Below are positions 20,669 through 34,257 of a stretch of 55,396 nucleotides of DNA, piece by piece; positions within the stretch are counted from its first letter, which is position 1, and each line of letters begins with the position of its first letter. The notes beneath the pieces are model-generated. The model saw only the letters and a list, made by a program, of their open reading frames with translations. It was not told where the DNA came from and did not search any database. The stretch is from Gemmatimonadota bacterium (GTDB taxonomy: Bacteria > Gemmatimonadota > Gemmatimonadetes > Longimicrobiales > RSA9). The DNA is taken from assembly GCA_017881445.1 (NCBI GenBank), contig JADGQX010000004.1:1-55396 (forward strand), read 5' to 3'. A program made the position numbers and the translations under genes.

Positions 20669-23293
20669 TCAAGGGGTGCGCTCGAGCTGGATGCGTTCCA
20701 GCTCGAAGCCGTGCGGCCGCTCGCGGGCGGCCCGATCGTAGAGATCGTCCGAGATGCTCACCTGGATGCCGTCCACCGCTGCGATGTCCAGCGGCCCGCT
20801 CCACTGCGCCGCGCCTTCGCCCGGCAGCCAGTAGGGCAGGAACTGAGGGTACGGACGGGGCAGGAGCGCCAGAGCCGTCGGCCGCAACATTGCCAGCGGC
20901 ACGGCGATGTCACGCCAGTCGGGTGTGAGCGGCACGACCGCGCCCCAGGCGGCGCCGCTGCGCTCCACCAGCGCGACCCGCAGGCTGTCGGCGGCGGCGC
21001 CGGTCGAGCGCGCCCGGATGCGCAGCGTCGTGTAGCCCTCTGCGGAACGCAGCCGGCGCCGATTCTCCTCGCCCAGGAACGCGCGCGCCGCAAAGGCGTG
21101 GGGCCGGGGGGCGAGGCTCGGCACCTCGGCCCGCAGCGCCGCACGCCGCCCGGGTACGGCGCTGTCTTCCGCTATGAACGCCGCCGCGAAGCGGATGGGC
21201 TCGAACTCGTGCGGCAGGATCACGCGCGCCTGGTCGCGGGCCGCATCGAACAGGACCACCGGCGCCGAGGCGGGCACGACCGGAACCCGCCAGAGCGAGT
21301 CCGCGCCCGGCGTGCCCGGCCCCGCGCCGGGGAAGGAGCTGTTCCGCCCCGACTCGACCAGGCGCACGGAGTACTCCAGCGTGCCCGGCACCACCGCCAG
21401 CGCGGGAATGGTAGCCTGGTAGCGGTAGCCGCGCAGACGCTGCATGGGCAGCCGCTGGAAGGCGGCTGCGCCGCCCGCGCGCCAGGCCAGCTCCACCGAG
21501 GCGGGCGGCACCGCCGACACCACCGTCACCTCCACCGGGTATGACTCGCCGGCGCTCAGCTCCAGCTCGGGCCGGTGCACGACCTCCGTGGCACGCGGCT
21601 GGGCACCGGGCACCCGGAACTCCCCCAGCGTGCGCGTGCCCACGTGCGCGCCGGGCTCGCGCCAACTCGCGCCGGCCACGCCCTGGCGCCGCAGCACGTA
21701 GACACCCGGCTGCACGACGACGCGCCCGGCGGACGCAGTCGCCGTGAGCCGATGTCCCGCGTCCACCGCCGCGACGGAGAAGGCCTCACCCAGGTCCGGC
21801 AGCCGCACGGTCATGGGCCAGTCGCGCCAGATCAGCCGGGTCACCTCGTCCCGCACCGTGTGCCGCGGGAAGGGGTCCCGTAGCGGCAGCGCGTCCGGGT
21901 AGACCTCCAGTCGCCAGACGCCGGCCCCCAGGCGGTCGAGGAAGTAGGCCCCGGTACCCTCGTAGTCGACGACGGGGGAGCTGCCCGTGCCAGCGACGTG
22001 GACCAGCGCCCGGGCGTCCGCCGGCCGGGTGCGCGTATCACCGGAGTAGTAGAAGGCCTCCGGCGTGTTCATCTCGCTCATGTCGTCCGAGTAGCTCACC
22101 CGGAAGGGGCCGAAGAGGGTGTCGGCCGGATACACGCCGAAGGAGCCGCCTCGCGGCAGTCGCCGGAAGGCCTCGCCCGCGACGAGGAAGCTGATCGCCT
22201 TCCGGGGCGTGTAGAGCAGGTTCAGGTAGTGCGTCTGGTACTCGGTGTTGGCGTAGCCCAGGGCGGCGGGATCGTACGCGAACTGCGCCGCCCACTGCAT
22301 CCCGGCCGTGCGGAAGCTGCGGGCGATGGCCGGATACAGGTACGAGCCCATGACGTCCGCCTGGTCGAACTCGTAGACCAGCCGAGCCTTGCCCAGGCAC
22401 TGCGGGGCCTCGTCGAAGGGAATGGGGTAGCGATCGACGTTGGGGAGCATGTTCGTGCGCAGGTCGCTGCCCCGCACCAGGCCGGTCGGATACCACTGGA
22501 AGGTGATGCCCTGGATCGCCGCCGCGCACACGGCGGGCGCGTGCTCCGGGCTCCAGCTCTGGGCGACGTTGTAGAGGACCGGCTTGCGCCAGCCCGCCTC
22601 CCGCGCGGCCTCCGCCAGCGCGTCGATGAAGCGGGTCGTCTCCGCCGGGCTGGGCGGGTCGACCGGCTCGTTGAAAAGCTCGATGGCGATGATGGCAGGA
22701 TCGTCGCGGTAGCTGCGCCTCGTGTAGGGGTTCACGTGCGCCACGAACTGCTTCAGGTAGTTCCGCTCGATGCGACGTGCCGTGGTGTCCACGGTCATCG
22801 CGCCCTTGGTGTAGTCGTTCGAGAACCCGGTCGAGGGCGGGTCGGGCTCCGGGTAGCCGGGGCCGCCCCAAACCAGCGGCGTCAGGACCAGGCGGATGCC
22901 GCGCTCCTCCAGGCGGGAGATCAGGTAGTCGAACAGATCCAGGTGGTCGTTGCGGAGTATGTTGCCCTGCCGGTCGCTGATCTCCCGGTCCCAGACGTGG
23001 ATGCGGTAGGCCGTCACTTCCAGGCGGGCCAGGTGACTGACGTCCATGTCGATGGCGGCCTTGCGATCGGCGCCCACGTAGCCGTGCGCCCGATAGGCAT
23101 AGGCAAAGGGGGCGGTGTAGTTCACGCCGAAGAACGCGACCTCCGCGCCGCTGTCCGCGCGGCGGAGCACGCCACGGGCGTCCACCTCGACCGGGGGGAA
23201 GCGGCCGGCGGAATCGGCGGGGCGCTGGGCCCGCGCCGGAGCGGGGGCTGGGACCAGGAGCAGCGCCGCGAGCAGCAGGTGGGTCCTCCGCAT
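20669..23293 (-). CDS. Secreted clan GH-A (GH5-like, possibly GH147-like) glycoside hydrolase with C-terminal beta-sandwich domains
   Basis: Signal peptide; FFGVNY, YRIHVWD, IELFNEP (acid/base), VYEFD (nucleophile); subfamily is tentative. Confidence 0.8.
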   Translation of the reverse strand: MRRTHLLLAALLLVPAPAPARAQRPADSAGRFPPVEVDARGVLRRADSGAEVAFFGVNYTAPFAYAYRAHGYVGADRKAAIDMDVSHLARLEVTAYRIHVWDREISDRQGNILRNDHLDLFDYLISRLEERGIRLVLTPLVWGGPGYPEPDPPSTGFSNDYTKGAMTVDTTARRIERNYLKQFVAHVNPYTRRSYRDDPAIIAIELFNEPVDPPSPAETTRFIDALAEAAREAGWRKPVLYNVAQSWSPEHAPAVCAAAIQGITFQWYPTGLVRGSDLRTNMLPNVDRYPIPFDEAPQCLGKARLVYEFDQADVMGSYLYPAIARSFRTAGMQWAAQFAYDPAALGYANTEYQTHYLNLLYTPRKAISFLVAGEAFRRLPRGGSFGVYPADTLFGPFRVSYSDDMSEMNTPEAFYYSGDTRTRPADARALVHVAGTGSSPVVDYEGTGAYFLDRLGAGVWRLEVYPDALPLRDPFPRHTVRDEVTRLIWRDWPMTVRLPDLGEAFSVAAVDAGHRLTATASAGRVVVQPGVYVLRRQGVAGASWREPGAHVGTRTLGEFRVPGAQPRATEVVHRPELELSAGESYPVEVTVVSAVPPASVELAWRAGGAAAFQRLPMQRLRGYRYQATIPALAVVPGTLEYSVRLVESGRNSSFPGAGPGTPGADSLWRVPVVPASAPVVLFDAARDQARVILPHEFEPIRFAAAFIAEDSAVPGRRAALRAEVPSLAPRPHAFAARAFLGEENRRRLRSAEGYTTLRIRARSTGAAADSLRVALVERSGAAWGAVVPLTPDWRDIAVPLAMLRPTALALLPRPYPQFLPYWLPGEGAAQWSGPLDIAAVDGIQVSISDDLYDRAARERPHGFELERIQLERTP

Positions 23294-23393
23294 TGCGCCT
23301 CCACAGGGTGAACGCCGCCGTCCGCCAGCGGGGTCGGACGGCGGCCGTCGTGGCACCGGGTTAGGGAGTACCGAATCCGGCGCCCTGTCGAAA

Positions 23394-23429
23394 GGGGCAG
23401 GCGGCGCCGTATTGGCCGCCGCCTGCCCC
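23394..23429 (-). terminator. Rho-independent terminator-like hairpin downstream of the SusD remnant
   Basis: 13-bp stem GGGGCAGGCGGCG/CGCCGCCTGCCCC followed by TTT on the minus strand. Confidence 0.65.
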
Positions 23430-23448
23430 GCCCGGGACCCGAGGAGGA

Positions 23449-23490
23449 TCAGTATCCCGGGTTCTGCCGCAGCTTGCCGCCGCTTGGGTC
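23449..23490 (-). pseudogene. C-terminal remnant of a RagB/SusD-family protein
   Basis: Reads DPSGGKLRQNPGY-stop, the hallmark SusD C-terminus, with no SusD sequence upstream. Confidence 0.7.
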
Positions 23491-23533
23491 GGGCGCGTCG
23501 CAGCGTCGCCCGCCCCGGCCAGCGCTCCCGTCG

Positions 23534-23564
23534 TGAACTGGATCTAAAGGTTCATTTAGGTTCA
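23534..23564. promoter_or_regulatory. AT-rich cluster of TGAAC/GTTCA half-sites, candidate LacI operator/promoter
   Basis: TGAACTGGATCTAAAGGTTCATTTAGGTTCA. Confidence 0.5.
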
Positions 23565-23779
23565 ATGACGACATGAATGGTCCGTACGATGCTGGACACG
23601 ATAGGTCAAACCCGGGCGCCGCCGCAAGAATCTTGTTCGCGGCCGGCACGCGCGCCGGCGGGGCGGCGGTGCGGTGGCGGGCGTACGTGCAGCCGGCGAG
23701 GCCGGGCGCGGGATCCGGCGCCGGGGGCGACAGGGGAGAAGCGCCTTGCCGGTGTGAACGGGGTTGGTTACCGTGGAAC

Positions 23780-23801
23780 GAACCGATCTGAATCGGTTCA
23801 G
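23780..23801. promoter_or_regulatory. LacI-type operator (TGAATCGGTTCA) within the inverted repeat GAACCGAT-ctga-ATCGGTTC
   Basis: Matches the LacI-family TGAANCGNTTCA pattern; lies upstream of the LacI gene. Confidence 0.65.
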
Positions 23802-23846
23802 GAGGGGTCGGCTGGAGTATCTTCACCTCCTCTGGAACAGGCGGGC

Positions 23847-24875
23847 ATGGTTACGACGCAGAGGCCATCGATCAACGATGTTGCCCGGGACGCGGGGGTC
23901 TCGAAGGCCACGGTGTCCGCGGTGCTGAACGACAAGAGCACGGTGGGGCGGGCCACGCGGGAGCGGGTGCTGCAGGTGATCAAGCAGCTGAATTACCGGC
24001 CAGGGAACCTGGGGGCGCGGGCGCGGCGTCGGCATCGCTGCGTGGGGTTGCTGATCAAGGAGATGGACAACCCGTACTACATGGAGATCGCACTGGGGAT
24101 CAGGGCGTACTGCAGGAAGCACGACTACAGCGTGCTGGTGGCGAGCTCGGAGGGGGATCCGGAGGCGGAGCGGACGGCGATCGAGATCCTGTGCGAGCAG
24201 GGTGCGGACGGCGTGGTGGTGACGCCGGTGCTGGACGACGACACGGACCTGTCGCACCTGTTCGAGCTGAAGCGCCGCAACGTTCCGTTCGTGCTGCTGG
24301 AGGAGATCCGGGGCGTGAAGGCCAGCCTGGTGGACGTGGAGAACGTGGAAGCCTCCAAGTGCGCGGTGGAGTACCTGATGGCGCAGGGGCACACGCGCAT
24401 CGTCCACTTCGCGGGCCCGAGATACTCCATGCACAGCGAGCAGCGGATCGACGGCGTGCGGCGGGCGTTCAGCCGCTCGTCGATCATGTTCCCGGAGGAG
24501 GCGATCATCCCGGCGGGGGCGCACCTGGAGGATGGGTACCGCGCGGGTCTGGAGTACTTCGGCGGGCTCAGCCCGGAGGCGCGGCCGACGGGGGTGACGT
24601 GCTACAACGACCTGGTCGCCCTGGGGCTGTGCCGGGCGCTGGCGGAGCTGGGGCTGGACGTGCCTGGCGACGTGTCGGTGATCGGCTTCGACGACCTGGC
24701 CATACTGCCGTACATGGGCGTGCCTCTGACCAGCGTGCACGTGCCCAAGGTGGAGATGGGCGAGCGGGCCACCGAGATGCTGATCCGGCAGATCGAGGCG
24801 CGGAAGGCCGTGCCGCCCGAGCGGATCTCCTTCGACGGCGAGCTGGTGGTGCGAGGCTCGACCCGCCCGCTCTGA
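23847..24875 (+). CDS. LacI family transcriptional regulator
   Basis: SINDVARDAGVSKATVSAVLN HTH, LNYRP, VPGDVSVIGFDD, LVVRGST. Confidence 0.96.
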   Translation: MVTTQRPSINDVARDAGVSKATVSAVLNDKSTVGRATRERVLQVIKQLNYRPGNLGARARRRHRCVGLLIKEMDNPYYMEIALGIRAYCRKHDYSVLVASSEGDPEAERTAIEILCEQGADGVVVTPVLDDDTDLSHLFELKRRNVPFVLLEEIRGVKASLVDVENVEASKCAVEYLMAQGHTRIVHFAGPRYSMHSEQRIDGVRRAFSRSSIMFPEEAIIPAGAHLEDGYRAGLEYFGGLSPEARPTGVTCYNDLVALGLCRALAELGLDVPGDVSVIGFDDLAILPYMGVPLTSVHVPKVEMGERATEMLIRQIEARKAVPPERISFDGELVVRGSTRPL

Positions 24876-24903
24876 GCGCGGGCGGGTCGCGGACGCCGGC
24901 GCT

Positions 24904-28962
<4,059 letters not shown>

Positions 28963-29011
28963 CGCAGTCTGGATGTTATCGGCGATTCCGGGGCAGCCGA
29001 ATAGCAGAAGA

Positions 29012-29041
29012 GGCCGCCCTCGCCTGCAGCCGAGGACGGCC
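29012..29041 (-). terminator. Hairpin terminator downstream of the DUF362 gene
   Basis: GGCCGTCCTCG/CGAGGGCGGCC stem followed by TCTTCT on the minus strand. Confidence 0.5.
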
Positions 29042-29067
29042 CCCGAACACCGAAGTGACGTCGTCGC

Positions 29068-30054
29068 CTAGCCGAGATCGAGGATGCCGCGGATGCGGGA
29101 GGCGTAGGCGGCGCTCTGGGCGTCGCCGGTGACCAGCTCGATCTGCGCGGGCGAGGGAGCGCCCAGCTTCAGCTCGACGGCGCGGGCGATCTGCTCCTGC
29201 TCGAAGATCCTGCGGTCCATGATCGCGGGGTTCGATCCGAGCTCCTTGAGCACGGCGACGCCGACGGCGTCCACGGCGATGCGGTCGTCGCCGACGATCA
29301 TGACGTTGCCCTGCTTGAGCGTGCCCTGGCCGGGTCCGCCGTCGGTAAAGCAGTCCACACCGTCCAGAACGACGAGCTGCGGCCGGTATCCGGTGTTCAG
29401 CTCGGCGATCATGCGCCGCATGTCCGGCGAGCGGTGCATGTCCCGGCGGATCGCGCGGGGGGTGAGCCCGACGGACAGCTTCAGCGACATGGTGAACACG
29501 CCGCCGTAGCCGTGCGTCTTCACGCAGCAGGTGGACACGTTGTAGTCGGCCTCGACCACGTGGCGCGGGAGGTGGAACCCCCGCGGCCAGTGCTCGCTGG
29601 TGAAGGCGACCCAGTCGCTCTCGGGGATCTCGTCGTAGTTGACGACGTCGAAACGGCCGTCGCGGGCAAGGTCGAACGTGCCCTTCTTCTCCATGATGCC
29701 GCGGGTGCTGCCGGCGGGCGGGCCGCTCCCTTCGCCGAGCGTGACGCTGCCGGCGCCGCGCGCGTACAGCTCGGCCACGAGCTGGGCGAGCGTATCGTTG
29801 TGCGTGGAGCCGGGCGTCGGGTCGGCGCTGTTGAAGTTGGGCTTCACGACCACGCGCTTGCCGCGGATCCCCTTCGGGTCGAACAGCTTGAGCGCCTGCA
29901 TCACACCCGTGCGGCGGTCGCGGGTGCGCACGAGCGCGACCCGGCTCTTGCGAGCGGGCGCCGCCAGGGCGAACCGGTCGAGTCCGGAGAGGGGCACGAG
30001 CGCGAGGGCGGCGGCGCTGGTGCGCAGGAACGAGCGGCGATCGAAGGAAGACAT
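29068..30054 (-). CDS. DUF362 domain protein with Tat signal
   Basis: DRRSFL Tat motif, VVVKPN, KTH, TMSLKLSVG, DRIAVDA. Confidence 0.9.
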   Translation of the reverse strand: MSSFDRRSFLRTSAAALALVPLSGLDRFALAAPARKSRVALVRTRDRRTGVMQALKLFDPKGIRGKRVVVKPNFNSADPTPGSTHNDTLAQLVAELYARGAGSVTLGEGSGPPAGSTRGIMEKKGTFDLARDGRFDVVNYDEIPESDWVAFTSEHWPRGFHLPRHVVEADYNVSTCCVKTHGYGGVFTMSLKLSVGLTPRAIRRDMHRSPDMRRMIAELNTGYRPQLVVLDGVDCFTDGGPGQGTLKQGNVMIVGDDRIAVDAVGVAVLKELGSNPAIMDRRIFEQEQIARAVELKLGAPSPAQIELVTGDAQSAAYASRIRGILDLG

Positions 30055-30080
30055 CCGTTATCTCCTCGGGTTGTTGTGGG

Positions 30081-31394
30081 TCACGGCTTCTTGATCAAGA
30101 GGCGTGGCAGCTCCTGACCTGATTTCCCTCCCACCACGACGGTCCGGGGCGTTGCGTTGACTACGTTGCCGGCCGCGTCCACCGCCCAGACCTTGATCGT
30201 CCAGCTGACCGGAGTGGGATCGGCGTTGGCAGGCATGGGCCAGGCGATGGTCCAGGTGCCGGCGGTCGCGGAGCCCGAAGTCCGCGTCATCGTCGCCGTG
30301 TTGCCGGTCCCGTCCGGCTTCAGGCGCGAGGTCAGGATCTTCACTACGCCGACGTTGTCGGCCACCTGGACCGTGACCGTGACATTGTCGCCGTTGGCGG
30401 GCACGGTGTCGGCCGAGGTGGTGAAGCTCGAGATCACCGGAGCATCGCCGTCACGGACCGTCAAGCGATACTGGTGAAACCAGCGGCTGTTGCCGCCCTT
30501 CGACACGATCGTCTGGAAGTTCCACGGGCAAGCGTAGGAGTCGCTGAAGGCGACGCTCACTCCGTAATAACCTGGCTTCGTGGGTGTCCCCGAGAGGTAG
30601 CCGTCGGTCCCGGCGGTCAGGCCCGGAGGCGTGGTATCGGCGGTGAAGGTCACAGGCGGCTTGGCCCCGGTGAAGAGCTGGACCCGATACGGCTTGCCCG
30701 TCGTCGCGTCCGGCAGCGTCTTCGCGAACGTGACGCAGGGGACGGCGTCGCATGTCACCTGCACGCCCGGGTTGATCATGTTCTTGATGCGGTCGGGAGC
30801 GGCGTTCGTGTAGGCGAGGGCCACCTGCACGACGCCGTTGTAGGGCACCGGGCCCGTCCAGCCTTCGGCGCGGCGCCAGGCATCGCCGATGAGGGGCAGG
30901 GGCTGCTGCGGGCCCACATAGACGCAGCTGGTCTTGCCCAGGTTGTCCACCGTGCAGACGGACGGCGACGGCACCGTCCTCCAGGGGGCGTTGCAGATGC
31001 GGGCGTACCTGGCCGCGGAGTCCACCGGCAGCACCAGCGTGGCCGCGGTCGCGTCGAAGCTGCAGCGCCCCGAGGGCGGGAACGCGACCACTTTGCCGGG
31101 GTCGCCATTGCTGGGCGTCGCGCTGACCACCATGACCGGCGCGCATATGGGCGTGGTTTCCTCGTGCGCGACGCTGATGGGCGCCGCGGACGCGATGATC
31201 TGGCCGTTCGCGTCCATGCGGATCGTCCAGAGCAGGTTGGGAACCAGCAGCCAGGTCCGCCCGTGGGTGGACGGCACCTCGACGGCGCCCGGTGAAGCCT
31301 TGACGGTCTGAGCCTGCGCGCGGGGCGCCAGGGCCGGTGTCAGGAGCAGGAGAGCGGACACGGCCGTGAAGCCCACCCTGCTTCGTAGTGCCAT
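30081..31394 (-). CDS. Secreted Cys-containing protein with putative Ig-like domains
   Basis: Signal peptide ending AQA-Q; TLPDATTGKPY...PPGL...GYLSGTPT putative Ig motif; DNVGV...AVDAAGN domain; alternative in-frame start at 31475. Confidence 0.8.
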   Translation of the reverse strand: MALRSRVGFTAVSALLLLTPALAPRAQAQTVKASPGAVEVPSTHGRTWLLVPNLLWTIRMDANGQIIASAAPISVAHEETTPICAPVMVVSATPSNGDPGKVVAFPPSGRCSFDATAATLVLPVDSAARYARICNAPWRTVPSPSVCTVDNLGKTSCVYVGPQQPLPLIGDAWRRAEGWTGPVPYNGVVQVALAYTNAAPDRIKNMINPGVQVTCDAVPCVTFAKTLPDATTGKPYRVQLFTGAKPPVTFTADTTPPGLTAGTDGYLSGTPTKPGYYGVSVAFSDSYACPWNFQTIVSKGGNSRWFHQYRLTVRDGDAPVISSFTTSADTVPANGDNVTVTVQVADNVGVVKILTSRLKPDGTGNTATMTRTSGSATAGTWTIAWPMPANADPTPVSWTIKVWAVDAAGNVVNATPRTVVVGGKSGQELPRLLIKKP

Positions 31395-31692
31395 GATGAC
31401 CTCGTAGTCGGGGCGAAGAAACAGCGTGAGGCCGGCGGCGCTCGCGCCCAGGAACCGGCGGCGGTCGTAAGGCATGATCGGTCTCCAGCGGGCCGGGGAC
31501 GATGGATGAAAGCTTGAGCGGGGGGGCAGGCGGCGCAAGCGTAACGTGGAGGGGACGCGGGCTTCCAGGGGATGGCGCCGCCCCGCCCTCCGTGGCCGGC
31601 ACGTCGGGCGGCGCGAATCCGTGGACGCGGTCGGCTGCAGGGCGTACATTCGCTGCCAAGGCACGGATCTCCCCTGGACCCGGAACGAGCGG

Positions 31693-33303
31693 ATGCTGCG
31701 GGGCGCCACACGCACGCTGCTCCAGCGCGGCGTTCTCCCGATGTCGGCGGCGTACCTCGCGGCCGGCTGGGGGCTGCTGCAGTTCGCGAGCTGGGCGACG
31801 GACTGGTGGCAGCTCTCGTCGTCGTTGGTGACCGGGACGCTGACCGTGTGGCTGCTGCTGCTGCCCGCGGTCATTTTCTTTGCCTGGCGACGCGGCGCGC
31901 CGGAGGCAGAGGCGCCGGCGGCGGTCGCGGCTCCCGCGGCCGCCCCGGCGGCGGCGGCGCGGTCGCTGGCGGTGCTGCCGTTCGTGAACCTCGGCTCCAG
32001 CGCCGAGGACGCGTACCTGAGCGACGGCATCAGCGACGAGATCCTGGCGGCGCTCACGCGCGTGGAGGGGCTGCGCGTCGCGTCCCGGACGTCGTCGTTC
32101 GCGTACCGCGGCCGGGACCAGGACGTCCGGACCATCGGCCGGCAGCTGAGCGTGGAATCAGTGCTGGAGGGGACGGTGCAGCGCTCCGGCGGCCGGCTGC
32201 GGGTGACGACGCGGCTGGTCAATGTTGCCGACGGCTACCACCTCTGGTCCGCGCGCTACGACAAGGAGATGGCGGATGTGTTCGCCATCGAGGACGAGAT
32301 CGCGGAGAAGGTCGCGCGGGTGCTGCGGGTGCTGCTGCGCGGCCACGGCGCGAGCGGCCTGCCGCGGGTGCCGCGGACGGACGTGCGGGCGTACGAGTAC
32401 TACCTGCGGGGTCGGCAGTTCTTTGCCGCGAGCCGGCTGAAGAGCCTGCGCTTCGCCCGGGAGATGTTCGAGCACGCCCTCGAGATCGATCCTGACTACG
32501 CCCTGGCGCACACGGCGGTCGTGGAGACGATCGCAATGGAGTGCATGTATTACCCGGCGTGCGGCGCGGACATTCGCGACGCCGAGCGGGCGAGTGCGCG
32601 GGCGCTGGAGCTGGACCCGGAGCTGCCGGAGGCGCACTCGGCGCGAGCGGCCATGCTCTTCGTGCAGACGCGGTTCACGGAGGCCGAGCAGGAGTTCCAG
32701 GCGGCGCTCCGGCTGGAGCCCCGCAGCTTCGATGCGCTCTACGTCTATGCCCGCATGTGCTTCCAGCTCGGGCGCACGGAGGACGCGGCGCGGCTGTTCG
32801 AGGACGCCTGTGCGGTCCAGGAGGACTACCAGGCTGCCTTCTTCGCGGCGCAGAGTCATGAGTCGCTGGGGCAGACCGACGCCGCCGTGCGGATGTACGA
32901 GCGCGCGCTCGGGGTCGCGGAGGCGCACATGCAGTTGAACCCCGACGATGCCCGCGCCGCCACCATGCGCGCCGTCGCGCTGTGCCGCACCGGCCGTAGG
33001 GCCGAGGGGCTGGAGTGGGCCGAGCGCGCGGTGGCCATCGACCCGGAGGACGCGGGGGTGCGCTACAACGCGGCTTGCCTGTACGCCCTGGCGGGCGACG
33101 CAGATCGCGCGCTGGCGTGGCTGGAGGACGCGGTGCGGGCGGGGTTCGCCAACGTGGAGTGGATCGCCCGCGACCCGGACCTGGCCTCGCTGCGCGGCGA
33201 CCCGCGCGTCCAGGCGCTGCTGGATGCGCACGGCGGGAGCGCGCCGGGCCCGGACGCGCCGAATCCGGGCTTGGCACCGGCACGCGCTGGCGGGCAAGGG
33301 TGA
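31693..33303 (+). CDS. Membrane-anchored TolB-N-like plus TPR repeat protein
   Basis: Two N-terminal TM segments, SLAVLPFVNL...YLSDGI...LRVASRTSSF, AYEYYLRGR, TPR repeats, YNAACLYA. Confidence 0.88.
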   Translation: MLRGATRTLLQRGVLPMSAAYLAAGWGLLQFASWATDWWQLSSSLVTGTLTVWLLLLPAVIFFAWRRGAPEAEAPAAVAAPAAAPAAAARSLAVLPFVNLGSSAEDAYLSDGISDEILAALTRVEGLRVASRTSSFAYRGRDQDVRTIGRQLSVESVLEGTVQRSGGRLRVTTRLVNVADGYHLWSARYDKEMADVFAIEDEIAEKVARVLRVLLRGHGASGLPRVPRTDVRAYEYYLRGRQFFAASRLKSLRFAREMFEHALEIDPDYALAHTAVVETIAMECMYYPACGADIRDAERASARALELDPELPEAHSARAAMLFVQTRFTEAEQEFQAALRLEPRSFDALYVYARMCFQLGRTEDAARLFEDACAVQEDYQAAFFAAQSHESLGQTDAAVRMYERALGVAEAHMQLNPDDARAATMRAVALCRTGRRAEGLEWAERAVAIDPEDAGVRYNAACLYALAGDADRALAWLEDAVRAGFANVEWIARDPDLASLRGDPRVQALLDAHGGSAPGPDAPNPGLAPARAGGQG

Positions 33304-33329
33304 TGCGGCGCCGGCGCGCCGTCCGGGGC

Positions 33330-33821
33330 TCAGCCGCCGGCCGGCTTGCCGCCCGCTTCCAGGTGGTCCCCGGCCTGGATCCAGACGAGCTCCTCGTCGC
33401 CCAGGACGGTGGCGCCCGGCTCCACCGCGATGCTCGAGACAATGCCGTCGATGGTGGCCCCGATGCTGAGCTCCATCTTCATGGCCTCGATCACGGCGAC
33501 GGTCTGGCCGCGCTTCACGCGGTCGCCCAGGGTGACGGGCACGCGCAGCAGCAGTCCGGGGAGCGGCGCCGTGACCACGCCCACGCCGGCGTGGGACGGA
33601 CGGTTTGTGCTGCTCTTCGGCTTGCGACCGGCGGCGCGTCCGGACGGCGCCGCGGGCGCCGCCGGCGGCAGGGCGAGCTCCTCGGAGAGATCCGTCCAGC
33701 GCGGCTGCAGGGCGGCCTTGTACTCCCGCCCGTTGACGGAGATGGTGACCTCGTTGCCGCGCCTGTCCACGATGCGCGTTTCGAAGTCGTGACCATCTAT
33801 GTTGAAGCGATACACGGTCAT
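33330..33821 (-). CDS. Biotin carboxyl carrier protein (MmdC/AccB-like)
   Basis: EAMKME biotinylation motif, Ala/Pro linker. Confidence 0.93.
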   Translation of the reverse strand: MTVYRFNIDGHDFETRIVDRRGNEVTISVNGREYKAALQPRWTDLSEELALPPAAPAAPSGRAAGRKPKSSTNRPSHAGVGVVTAPLPGLLLRVPVTLGDRVKRGQTVAVIEAMKMELSIGATIDGIVSSIAVEPGATVLGDEELVWIQAGDHLEAGGKPAGG

Positions 33822-33825
33822 AAGC

Positions 33826-34257
33826 TCACCTCCCGGCCGCTGGGCCGGGCTCAGGACCGGGCGCCGGCGCCGGGCCGGGCTCGGGAATGACGAAGACGTC
33901 GGGTCGCATCGGCGGTCCCACGCGCCGCGGGGGCAGCGAAGAGGGCGAGAGCCGGCTCTGCCACCAGTTGCTGCTGTTGCGCGCTGCGTGGCGCAGCGTG
34001 AGCACGCGGGGCTCGTCGTCGAGAAACGAGTCCTCGTCGAGTGACAGCGTCAGGGCGATGGCGGCGGCGATCAGTGATGCATCGCCCTCGCGGGCCTGGG
34101 CCCGCGCCTGCTCGATCGGGTCGCCCGCGGTCCAGTGCGCGTCGGGAGCGTAGGGCGCGAAAATGCCCAGGGCCTGGGCGGCGCGCATGAGGGTGGGCCC
34201 GAGGCCGGGCAGGAAGCGTCCGCGGCGCCCGTGCGGCTGCTCGCGGTCCGCGCTCAT
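33826..34257 (-). CDS. OadG/MmdD-like linker subunit lacking an obvious TM helix
   Basis: LIAAAIALTL...DDEPRVLTL...SNW resembles OadG C-termini; ATGA-coupled to the carboxyltransferase. Confidence 0.6.
   Translation of the reverse strand: MSADREQPHGRRGRFLPGLGPTLMRAAQALGIFAPYAPDAHWTAGDPIEQARAQAREGDASLIAAAIALTLSLDEDSFLDDEPRVLTLRHAARNSSNWWQSRLSPSSLPPRRVGPPMRPDVFVIPEPGPAPAPGPEPGPAAGR

Noticed and set aside
18335-21544. Long antisense and alternate-frame ORFs (e.g. 1069 aa here, 1018 aa at 51259-54315, 835 aa at 50580-53087)
   Set aside because: Shadow ORFs of real genes in high-GC DNA; Arg/Gly/Ala-rich with no motifs
23449-23826. 125-aa minus-strand ORF as a complete gene
   Set aside because: Only the last ~13 residues look protein-like (SusD tail); the rest crosses promoter/operator DNA
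31693-33303. TPR protein as an anti-phage or kinase signalling system
   Set aside because: No kinase, cyclase, TIR or NTPase domain, and no defence genes nearby
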